DNA of 64,000 nucleotides, taken from positions 1,358,291-1,422,290 of the forward strand of contig OZ241899.1 of NCBI GenBank assembly GCA_965203545.1. The letters run 5' to 3'. Below are positions 40,675-48,314 of the stretch, piece by piece (the stretch's first letter is position 1; every line of letters begins with the position of its first letter). Both the position numbers and the translations under genes were made by a program. Origin of the DNA: Tepidiformaceae bacterium (GTDB lineage Bacteria > Chloroflexota > Dehalococcoidia > Tepidiformales > Tepidiformaceae). The notes beneath the pieces were generated by a model that was not told where the DNA came from, made no database searches, and saw only the letters and a program-made list of their open reading frames with translations.

Positions 40675-41673
40675 ATGGAACCAAGCGAAGAGGTCCTGAA
40701 GGACCTGCATCTCCGGATGGTGCGAATTCGCCACTTCGAGGAAGAGGCGGGCAAGCTGATGGAGCAGGGCAAGTCCCCCGGGGCGCTGCACCTGTACATC
40801 GGCGAGGAAGCCGTTGCTTCGGGTGTGATGGTGCACCTCAGCGACGAGGACCAGATCACGAGCACGCATCGCGGCCACGGGCACCTGGTGGCCAAGGGCG
40901 GCGAGTTCAAGAAGATGTACGCGGAGCTGTACGGCCGGGAGACCGGCTACAACAAGGGCCGCGGCGGCAGCATGCACATCTCGAACGTGGATGCGGGCAT
41001 GCTCGGCGCGAACGGCATCGTGGCGGCGGGGCCGCCGATCGCCGTCGGCGCGGCCTTCTCGAACAAGTACCTCGCCCGGATGGAAGGTCGCGACTCAATG
41101 AACGTGGCCGTCCCCTTCTTCGGCGACGGCGCAACGAACGAGGGCGCGTTCCACGAGGCGGCGAACATGGCCGCCATCTGGAAGCTGCCAGTGGTGTTCG
41201 TCTGCGAGAACAACGGGTACGGCGAGTTCACCCCACAGGCGGAGCACCAGGCGATCAGTGATGTCGCCGACCGCGCCGCCGGGTACGGCATGCCGGGCGT
41301 CATCTGCGACGGCATGGACGCGGTTGCGGTCTGGGAAGCTGCCGGCGAGGCGATTGAACGCGCCCGCTCAGGCGGCGGCCCCACGCTGGTGGAGTGCAAG
41401 ACCTACCGCTTCGTCGACCACGTCGGCCTCCGCGGCATCGGTCTGCACTACCGCACGGACGAGGAGCTCGAAGAGTGGCGCGCCCGTGACCCGATCCCGC
41501 AGCACGAGCAGCGCATGATCGAGATGGGCGTAATGACCGCGGAGGAGATCCAGGCCGTACACGACGCAGTCATGGCCGACATCACCGAGTCGATCGAGTT
41601 CGCGGAGAACAGCCCGCTGCCGGATCCGGCGAACCTGCTCAACGACGTCTACACGCCCACGGCGGCGAGTTAG
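40675..41673 (+). CDS. Thiamine-diphosphate-dependent 2-oxoacid (pyruvate/acetoin) dehydrogenase E1 alpha subunit
   Basis: HLYIGEEAVASG, THRGHGH, GRGGSMH and FFGDGATNEG (TPP-binding motif). Confidence 0.9.
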   Translation: MEPSEEVLKDLHLRMVRIRHFEEEAGKLMEQGKSPGALHLYIGEEAVASGVMVHLSDEDQITSTHRGHGHLVAKGGEFKKMYAELYGRETGYNKGRGGSMHISNVDAGMLGANGIVAAGPPIAVGAAFSNKYLARMEGRDSMNVAVPFFGDGATNEGAFHEAANMAAIWKLPVVFVCENNGYGEFTPQAEHQAISDVADRAAGYGMPGVICDGMDAVAVWEAAGEAIERARSGGGPTLVECKTYRFVDHVGLRGIGLHYRTDEELEEWRARDPIPQHEQRMIEMGVMTAEEIQAVHDAVMADITESIEFAENSPLPDPANLLNDVYTPTAAS

Positions 41674-41683
41674 GAGCGAATCA

Positions 41684-42688
41684 ATGACCGCAGCAGAAGC
41701 GCCCGCCGGGCGGCAACTCGTTTACACCCTCGCGATCACGGAGGGCGTCCGCCAGGCGCTCCAGGAAGAACCGCTGGCGTTCATGGCCGGCGAGGACGTC
41801 GCCGGCGCCGGCAGCGTGTTCGGCATCTACCGCGGCCTGCTCGACGAGTTCGGGCCGGACCGCGTCATCGACACGCCCATCAGCGAGTCCGGCATCATCG
41901 GGCTGGCGGTGGGCGCCGGGGCCACGGGCCTCAAGCCGATCGTCGACATCATGTTCATGGACTTCATCGGCGAGTGCATGGACGAGATCGTCAACCAGCT
42001 CGCGAAGATGCGGTACATGTTCGGCGGCAAGGCGACGCTGCCGGTAACCGTCCTGACGATGTCGGGCGCGGGCATGAACCTCGCGGCGCAGCACTCCCAG
42101 AGCCTGGAGGCGTGGCTCTGCCACACGCCGGGCCTGAAGGTGGTGATGCCGGCGACGGCGTACGACGTAAAGGGCGCGATCATCACCGCCGCGCGCGAGC
42201 CGAACCCGGTGTTCGTCGTGATGTGCAAGGGCCTGATGGCGCTTCCGGGCGAGGTACCGGAGGAGCCGTACACGCTGCCCATCGGCAAGGCGAACGTGCT
42301 GCGCGAAGGCGACAGCCTCACGATCGTGGCCCACGGACGGATGATCCACGAAGCCACGAAGGCCGCCGAGGTCCTCGAGGGCGAAGGCGTGAGCGCCGAG
42401 GTGATCGACCCGCTGTGGCTGCAGCCGCTCGACACGGACACGATCATCAACTCGGTCTCGAAGACGCACAACGCGCTCGTCGTGCACGAGGCCGTCCGCT
42501 TCGGCGGGGTCGGTGCGGAGATCGCGGCGCAGATCGCGGAGCTGGCGTTCGACTACCTCGATGCGCCGGTGGGCCGCGTGGCGGCGCCGTTCTCGCCCGT
42601 GCCGTTCAGCCCGGTGCTGGAGCAGACGTACGTGCCGAACGCCGAGCGCATCGCGGCCGAGGCGCGACGCATCCTCGGGACGGGGTAG
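41684..42688 (+). CDS. 2-oxoacid dehydrogenase E1 beta subunit
   Basis: DTPISESGIIGLAVGAG, a transketolase-like pyrimidine-binding domain and its C-terminal domain. 334 aa. Confidence 0.9.
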   Translation: MTAAEAPAGRQLVYTLAITEGVRQALQEEPLAFMAGEDVAGAGSVFGIYRGLLDEFGPDRVIDTPISESGIIGLAVGAGATGLKPIVDIMFMDFIGECMDEIVNQLAKMRYMFGGKATLPVTVLTMSGAGMNLAAQHSQSLEAWLCHTPGLKVVMPATAYDVKGAIITAAREPNPVFVVMCKGLMALPGEVPEEPYTLPIGKANVLREGDSLTIVAHGRMIHEATKAAEVLEGEGVSAEVIDPLWLQPLDTDTIINSVSKTHNALVVHEAVRFGGVGAEIAAQIAELAFDYLDAPVGRVAAPFSPVPFSPVLEQTYVPNAERIAAEARRILGTG

Positions 42689-42690
42689 CC

Positions 42691-43737
42691 CTGACGACCT
42701 CGCGCCCGCTCGGGATCGCCGCCAACCCCGCTTCGGGGAAGGACATCCGCCGCCTCGTTGCGCGCGCGTCGGTCTTCGACAACCAGGAGAAACGCGCGAT
42801 CGTGCGGCGCGCCATCGTTGGCGCGCTGGCGAGCGGTGTGCGCGACTTCCGCTACATGCCCGACACGCACGGCATCACGGCGGCGGCGGCCGAGGAGTTC
42901 GGCTCCGAGGCCACCTTCGTCGCCGTTGAAGCGACACACACCGCAAGCACGCTCGACACGATCCGCGCAGCGGAGTCGCTGCGGGCGGAGGGCTGCGGGG
43001 CCGTCATCACGCTCGGGGGCGACGGCACGAACCGCGCCTTCGCGCTCGGCTGGCGAGACGCGCCCATCGTTCCCGTCTCGACGGGCACGAACAACGTCTT
43101 CCCGACGATGGTGGAGGCGACGGTGGCGGGCTCGGCGGCGGGGCTCGTAGCCAGCGGCCAGGTGCCGTTGGAACGGGTCGCGAGGCAGGTGAAAGCCGTA
43201 CACGTCGAGATCGAGGGTGAGCGCGACGACATCGCCCTCGTGGACGCCGTGTTGGCGGCGGACCGCTTCGTGGGATCGCGTGCGATCTGGGGCGGAGCGC
43301 GCCTGCGGGAGGCGGTCGTGACGACGGCGGAGCCGTCGGCGGTCGGGATCACCTCCATCGGGGGCCTGCTGGCGCCGTTGGCGCCGGACGAGGACGAGGC
43401 GTTGCACCTGCGTCTGGGGCCGGGCGAGGGGGGCGTCTCCCTGCTCGCGCCAATCGCGCCGGGGCTGTACGAGCCGATAGCCGTGCGTTCGCACACGCGG
43501 CTCGCGCTCGGGGAGCCGGTCACCGTAACGGGACCGGGGGTGCTCGCGTTCGACGGCGAACGCGAGCGTGTGTTGAAACCGGGGCAAGCGGCTACACTCC
43601 GGGTAGCCCGGGACGGTCCCTGGGTCATCGACGTCCACGCGACGCTGGAGTACGCAGCGTGCGTGGGTTTGTATCGCAACGACGAGGCGGCCGGCGGCTC
43701 GCCAGAGAAACAGAGACTCCAACAGGACGGGGGATGA
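42691..43737 (+). CDS. NAD-kinase/DAG-kinase-fold protein (AcoX-like)
   Basis: VITLGGDGTNRAF (GGDGT motif), with an N-terminus LGIAANPASGKD. There is no ATG/GTG/TTG before 42802. I provisionally start at the CTG at 42691, 2 nt after the E1beta stop. Confidence 0.6.
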   Translation: MTTSRPLGIAANPASGKDIRRLVARASVFDNQEKRAIVRRAIVGALASGVRDFRYMPDTHGITAAAAEEFGSEATFVAVEATHTASTLDTIRAAESLRAEGCGAVITLGGDGTNRAFALGWRDAPIVPVSTGTNNVFPTMVEATVAGSAAGLVASGQVPLERVARQVKAVHVEIEGERDDIALVDAVLAADRFVGSRAIWGGARLREAVVTTAEPSAVGITSIGGLLAPLAPDEDEALHLRLGPGEGGVSLLAPIAPGLYEPIAVRSHTRLALGEPVTVTGPGVLAFDGERERVLKPGQAATLRVARDGPWVIDVHATLEYAACVGLYRNDEAAGGSPEKQRLQQDGG

Positions 43738-43738
43738 G

Positions 43739-45127
43739 ATGCCAACCGAGATTTACATGATGAAGCTCGGCATGACGATGACGGAGGGAACCGTAGCCGA
43801 GTGGCACATCCCCGACGGCGGCGAGGTGAAGCTGGGCGAGGATCTCTACCGGCTCGAGACGGAGAAGGTCGAGATGGAGGTCGAGGCGGAAGCTGCGGGC
43901 ATCGTGCGGCACCTCGTGCCGGCCGAGTCGACCGTTGACCCCGGTGCCGTGGTCGGCTGGATTTACGCCGCCGACGAAGAGATTCCGGACGTGCTGCCGG
44001 GAGCGGGAGCGCCGGCGGCGTCCGCCGCTCCCGTCGAGGCAGAGCCGGCGCCTGCCGCAGCCGCCGAAGCTCCCGCCACCCCGGCGCGAGCCGAGGGCGA
44101 GCGCGTGCCGGCCTCGCCGGCGGCGCGACGGCTTGCGAAGGAGCTCGGCGTGGACCTGGCCACGGTTACGGCGACCGGTCCGCGCGGGCGTGTGACCGAA
44201 GACGACGTGCGCACCGCACACGAGGCGGCGGCAGCCGCGCCCGCGGCTGCTCCGGCGGGCGCACCGGCGCCGGCCTCGCCGCTCGCGCGGAAGCGGGCGG
44301 AGGCGCTGGGCGTGGACCTGTCGACGGTGACGGGGACCGGCCCCGGCGGGCGCATCACGAAGGAAGACGTCGAGGCGGCGGCCGGCGGTGCGCCCGCGGC
44401 TGCCCCAGCAGCGGCAGCCGCTGCTCCCGCGGCGGCGCGCGAGGACGAGGTGATGGCGGTGCGCGGCATGCGCAAGGTCATCGCGGAGCGCATGTACGCG
44501 AGTCTGCAGGAGACGGCGCAGCTGACCATGGACATGGACGTGGCCATGGACGACTGCGTGAAGCTGCGCAGCCAGCTCATCGAGGAGTGGGCAGGCGACA
44601 GCGTGCGCCCCTCCTACACGGACATCGTGATGAAGGCGGCGGCCAAGGCCCTGCTCGATCACCCGCGCATGAACGCCCAGTTCCTCGGCACGGAGATGAA
44701 CCTGCGGGGCGAGGTCCACGTAGGCATGGCGGTGGCGCTCGACGAGGGCCTGGTCGTGCCGGTGGTGCGGCACGTCGACCAGCTCGGGCTGAAGGAGATC
44801 GCGCAGGAGTCCTCCCGACTGGCTGGGCTGGCGCGCGAAGGGAAACTCGGACTCGACGACATGGCGGGTGGCACGTTTACCGTGTCGACGCTGGGCATGT
44901 TCGGGGTGGACTCGTTCACGCCCATCCTTAACCCGCCCGAGGTTGGCATCCTCGGCGTGAACCGGCTTCGCGACGACGTGCGCTGGGAGGGTGAGCGTCC
45001 CGTACGGCAGAAGGCGATGACCCTGAGCCTGACATGGGACCACCGCGCGCTCGACGGGGCGCCGGCGGCGCAATTCCTGGCATCGGTGCGCGACTACCTC
45101 GAAGCGCCGTTCCGGCTGCTGGTCTAG
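43739..45127 (+). CDS. Dihydrolipoamide acyltransferase (E2): one lipoyl domain, two peripheral subunit-binding domains, catalytic domain
   Basis: The lipoyl-Lys context is LETEKVEMEV. The PSBDs are ASPAARRLAKELGVDLATVTATGPRGRVTEDDV and ASPLARKRAEALGVDLSTVTGTGPGGRITKEDV. The catalytic motif is WDHRALDG. Confidence 0.9.
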   Translation: MPTEIYMMKLGMTMTEGTVAEWHIPDGGEVKLGEDLYRLETEKVEMEVEAEAAGIVRHLVPAESTVDPGAVVGWIYAADEEIPDVLPGAGAPAASAAPVEAEPAPAAAAEAPATPARAEGERVPASPAARRLAKELGVDLATVTATGPRGRVTEDDVRTAHEAAAAAPAAAPAGAPAPASPLARKRAEALGVDLSTVTGTGPGGRITKEDVEAAAGGAPAAAPAAAAAAPAAAREDEVMAVRGMRKVIAERMYASLQETAQLTMDMDVAMDDCVKLRSQLIEEWAGDSVRPSYTDIVMKAAAKALLDHPRMNAQFLGTEMNLRGEVHVGMAVALDEGLVVPVVRHVDQLGLKEIAQESSRLAGLAREGKLGLDDMAGGTFTVSTLGMFGVDSFTPILNPPEVGILGVNRLRDDVRWEGERPVRQKAMTLSLTWDHRALDGAPAAQFLASVRDYLEAPFRLLV

Positions 45128-45139
45128 GGGAGAGGCACG

Positions 45140-46537
45140 ATGGCGGAAACAACGTTCGATGTCGTAGTGGTGGGAGGCGGCCCGGGCGGCTACGTAGCCG
45201 CGATTCGCGCGTCCCAGCTCGGGTTGGAGACAGCACTCGTGGAACGCGAGCATCTGGGGGGCATCTGCCTGAACTGGGGCTGCATTCCGACAAAGACGCT
45301 CCTGCACACGGCCGACCTCTACCGCGAGATGCAGGACGCCGAGCGCTACGGCCTGACGGCGGAGGCCTCCTTCGACCTCGACAAGGTCGTCAGTCGCTCG
45401 CGATCGGTGGCGCGCCAGCTCAACAGCGGCGTCAAGTTCCTGATGCGGAAGCACAAGATCCAGGTATTCGACGGCGCGGCGCGGCTGACCGGCGGAGGCG
45501 GGATCGTCGTCGAGAAGGACGGCGAGACCGTCGCCGAACTGGGCGCCGACAACATCATCGTGGCGACGGGCGCGCGCCCGCGCTCTCTGCCCGGCCTGGA
45601 GCCCGACGGCGAGCTGATCTGGACGTACAAGGAAGCGATGGTGCCGGCGATGATGCCGGACTCGCTACTGGTTATCGGGTCGGGGGCGATCGGCGTCGAG
45701 TTCGCGAGCTTCTACCGGTCGCTGGGGGCAGAGGTGACGGTGGTGGAGGTGCTGCCCCGCATTCTCCCGGTGGAGGACGAGGAGATCTCGGCCTTCGCCC
45801 GCGAGGAGTTCGAGAAGCAGGGCATCACGATGCACACGAACGCCACGGTGGAGTCGCTCGAGAAGGGCGACAACAGCGTGACGGCGACGATCGCGACCGA
45901 GGACGGCACAGTCGAGGCGACCTTCGACCGCGCGATCCTGGCGGTGGGCGTGACCGGCAACGTCGAGGGCCTCGGCCTCGAAGCGACGGCGGCCACGGTC
46001 GACCGGGGGTCGATCGTCGTGAACGAGTGGCTGGAGACGGGCGAGCCCGGGCTGTACGCCATCGGCGACGTCGCCGGGCCGCCGTTGCTGGCCCACAAGG
46101 CGATGCACGAGGGCGTCATCTGCGTGGAGCGCATCGCGGGGCTGCCCTCGGCGCGGCCGATGGAGCGGCGGCGCATCCCCGGCTGCACCTACTGCCACCC
46201 GCAGGTCGCGAGCGTCGGCCTGACGGAAGCGGCGGCGCAGGAAGCCGGCTTCAACGTGCGCGTGGGGCGCTTCCCGCTGGTCGGGAACGGCAAGGCGATC
46301 GCCGTGGGCGACACCGGAGGCATGGTGAAGACCGTCTTCGACGCCGACACGGACGAGCTCCTCGGGGCGCACATGGTGGGCCCGGACGTGACCGAAATGA
46401 TCCAAGGGTTCGTGGTCGCGATGGGGTTGGAGACAACCGAGGCGGAGCTGATGGAAACCGTATTCCCGCACCCCACTATCTCCGAGGCGATGCATGAGTC
46501 GGTGCTCGACGCCTACGACCGGGTGCTGCACGTCTAG
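45140..46537 (+). CDS. lpdA: Dihydrolipoyl dehydrogenase (E3)
   Basis: VVVVGGGPGGYVAAIRA, the redox-active GGICLNWGCIPTK, and HPTISEA at the C-terminus. Confidence 0.95.
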   Translation: MAETTFDVVVVGGGPGGYVAAIRASQLGLETALVEREHLGGICLNWGCIPTKTLLHTADLYREMQDAERYGLTAEASFDLDKVVSRSRSVARQLNSGVKFLMRKHKIQVFDGAARLTGGGGIVVEKDGETVAELGADNIIVATGARPRSLPGLEPDGELIWTYKEAMVPAMMPDSLLVIGSGAIGVEFASFYRSLGAEVTVVEVLPRILPVEDEEISAFAREEFEKQGITMHTNATVESLEKGDNSVTATIATEDGTVEATFDRAILAVGVTGNVEGLGLEATAATVDRGSIVVNEWLETGEPGLYAIGDVAGPPLLAHKAMHEGVICVERIAGLPSARPMERRRIPGCTYCHPQVASVGLTEAAAQEAGFNVRVGRFPLVGNGKAIAVGDTGGMVKTVFDADTDELLGAHMVGPDVTEMIQGFVVAMGLETTEAELMETVFPHPTISEAMHESVLDAYDRVLHV

Positions 46538-46607
46538 CCCCTTCGGTGGCGCCGGGGGCCTTCCGGCGGCTGTACAGTAGGGGCAGGACGCGATCGCGGA
46601 GGCGGTC

Positions 46608-47126
46608 ATGGGCGCGCTGATCGACCACCTGAAGTCGCTTGCTGCGGAGGGCGCCAGCATCGAGGACGTAACCGCTGCAGCGGAGGCGGAGCTCGCGGGA
46701 GGCACGCTGCTGACGTCGGAGCTGGAGGACCCGGAGGGGGCCATCGCGGGAGCGGCCGTGGAGGCGGAGGCGCTGCACCAGGAGGTGCAGGGAGCGATCC
46801 AGCGGTTCCCGGCCAGCCAGAGCGCAGGCTTCCACCGCACCGATCTCGACCCCCGGGCGATGGCGGTGGTCGCCACGATGGCGTACGCACGCCGGGGCGG
46901 GGTCTACCTGCCGAAGGACCTCGAGGAGATGGTGGCCGAGGGGCGGGTCTCGGAGGAGTGGCACGCGCGCGAGTCGGTTCGCATCCGCGTCCTGCTGACG
47001 ATCCTGCCGATGTTCGTCGCGGCCATCGAGCGGGGCGAACTGATCCCGGCGACGTTCGCGGTTGGAATCACCGAGGTCGCGCAGCGACTGGGGCGGGTAC
47101 GAATCCCGCAGGTGGCGGCGACCTGA
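46608..47126 (+). CDS. Hypothetical protein (172 aa)
   Basis: High GC3 and a balanced amino-acid composition. It is co-directional with, and 27 nt upstream of, the CMD-family pair. Confidence 0.5.
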   Translation: MGALIDHLKSLAAEGASIEDVTAAAEAELAGGTLLTSELEDPEGAIAGAAVEAEALHQEVQGAIQRFPASQSAGFHRTDLDPRAMAVVATMAYARRGGVYLPKDLEEMVAEGRVSEEWHARESVRIRVLLTILPMFVAAIERGELIPATFAVGITEVAQRLGRVRIPQVAAT

Positions 47127-47153
47127 CCCGGGGCGGCGTTGCGGCGGTAGGGG

Positions 47154-47675
47154 TTGCGGGCTGAGAATGCGCCCGTGACTTGGCTCGAAGGGGCAGAAGG
47201 AAGCGCGCCGTTCGATGCGGCTCTGGGCCTGCGGCCCGAGCTTCGCGATCTGTACGCGGCCTTCTACGGAAAGCTCTGGGACGAGGAGTTGCTGCCCGCG
47301 AGCCTGCTTGAACTGTGCCGCCTGCGAGTGGCGCAGCTGCACGACTGCGAGGCCGAGCTGGCCGTTCGCCACGCCGACGCCGGCGTGAGCGACGCTCAGG
47401 TTGCGGCGCTTGCGGACTGGCCGGGTAGCGACCTGTTCAGCAAGCAGGAGCGAGCGGCGCTGACACTGGCCGAGAAGATGCCCTGGCAGCACCACGACCT
47501 CACCGACGAGGAGTACGCGGACCTGACCGCACACTTCGGTGAGTCGGGTGTGGTGGCGCTGACGATCGGCGTGGCGCTGTTCGATGCGAACTGCCGCCTG
47601 CGCCTGGCGCTGGGCACGGAGCCGGCGCCCGTGGATGCGCCGGCGCCGGCCTCGAGCGAGGGTCCGATCTACTGA
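47154..47675 (+). CDS. Carboxymuconolactone decarboxylase (CMD/AhpD-like) family protein, paralog 1
   Basis: LLELCRLRVAQLHDCEAELAVRH and ERAALTLAEKM are typical of the CMD fold. The start is either the TTG at 47154 or the GTG at 47175. Confidence 0.7.
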   Translation: MRAENAPVTWLEGAEGSAPFDAALGLRPELRDLYAAFYGKLWDEELLPASLLELCRLRVAQLHDCEAELAVRHADAGVSDAQVAALADWPGSDLFSKQERAALTLAEKMPWQHHDLTDEEYADLTAHFGESGVVALTIGVALFDANCRLRLALGTEPAPVDAPAPASSEGPIY

Positions 47676-47694
47676 TGTCCCGAAGGAGGATACG

Positions 47695-48213
47695 ATGTCG
47701 ACCAAGCCACGAGTGAGTTCGGCGATACCGGGCGAGGAGGCCAGCTTCGGCACGGCGCTGGCGCACCAGCCGGGGCTGGCGGGCGCCTTCGGGATGCTCT
47801 ACGGGACGTTCTGGAGCAAGGGCGCGCTCGACCACCGCACGAAGGAGGTCACGCGGATGCGAAACGCCCGCGTGACGGACTGCGGCTACTGAAAGAACGT
47901 TCGCTTCGCCGTGGCGCGTGAGCAAGGACTGACCGAAGACCAGGTAACGGAGATCGAGGACGGGTACGAAGAGTCCGACCTGTCCTCCCGGGACAAGGCG
48001 GCAATCGCCCTGACGGACGCGATCATCGGGGATCCGAGGCAGCTGACGCCGGAGGTGCAGGCGCGGCTGCGGGAGCACTTCAGCGACCCGGAGATCGTCG
48101 AGATGGCGCTGGGGGTGGGGCTCTTCATGAGCCTCTCGAAGGTGCTCATCACGCTCGGCATGGAGCCCGAGGAGATGGGCACGGAGATCGTTCCCACGCC
48201 GGGTTCGTACTAG
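47695..48213 (+). CDS. CMD/AhpD-like family protein, paralog 2, read through an in-frame TGA (47890-47892) at the second Cys of CxxC: candidate selenoprotein (or a nonsense pseudogene)
   Basis: Two track ORFs (…RNARVTDCGY* and, 18 nt later in the same frame, AREQGLTEDQV...) join into one 172-codon CMD-length protein reading ...DCGY[TGA]KNVRFAVAREQG.... GAAGGAGGA lies 5 nt upstream of the ATG at 47695. Confidence 0.6.
47903..47923 (+). promoter_or_regulatory. Hairpin 13 nt downstream of the in-frame TGA (candidate bacterial SECIS)
   Basis: GCUUCGC (47903-47909) pairs with GCG-U-GAGC (47916-47923, bulged U at 47919). The 6-nt loop is CGUGGC. The loop G and U fall at +22/+23 from the U of UGA. 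Confidence 0.35.
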
Positions 48214-48314
48214 CGCTCGAAGGGGCGAGTCGGACCCGTTTCGCGTAACATCAAGGCACCTGTCGCCAGGCGCCCGCGTCATCGGTGCGGGCGAAGAATC
48301 CAAGGAGTCTAGGC

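Noticed and set aside
47695-48213. Treating the CMD paralog 2 region as two ordinary small genes (47695-47892 and 47911-48213)
   Set aside because: The downstream piece has no ribosome-binding site. Its supposed start is an internal GTG/Ala-Arg context, and both pieces are in one frame. Only the joined product has the length and motif order of a CMD domain. A plain nonsense pseudogene remains the main alternative to selenocysteine and is kept as such in the finding.
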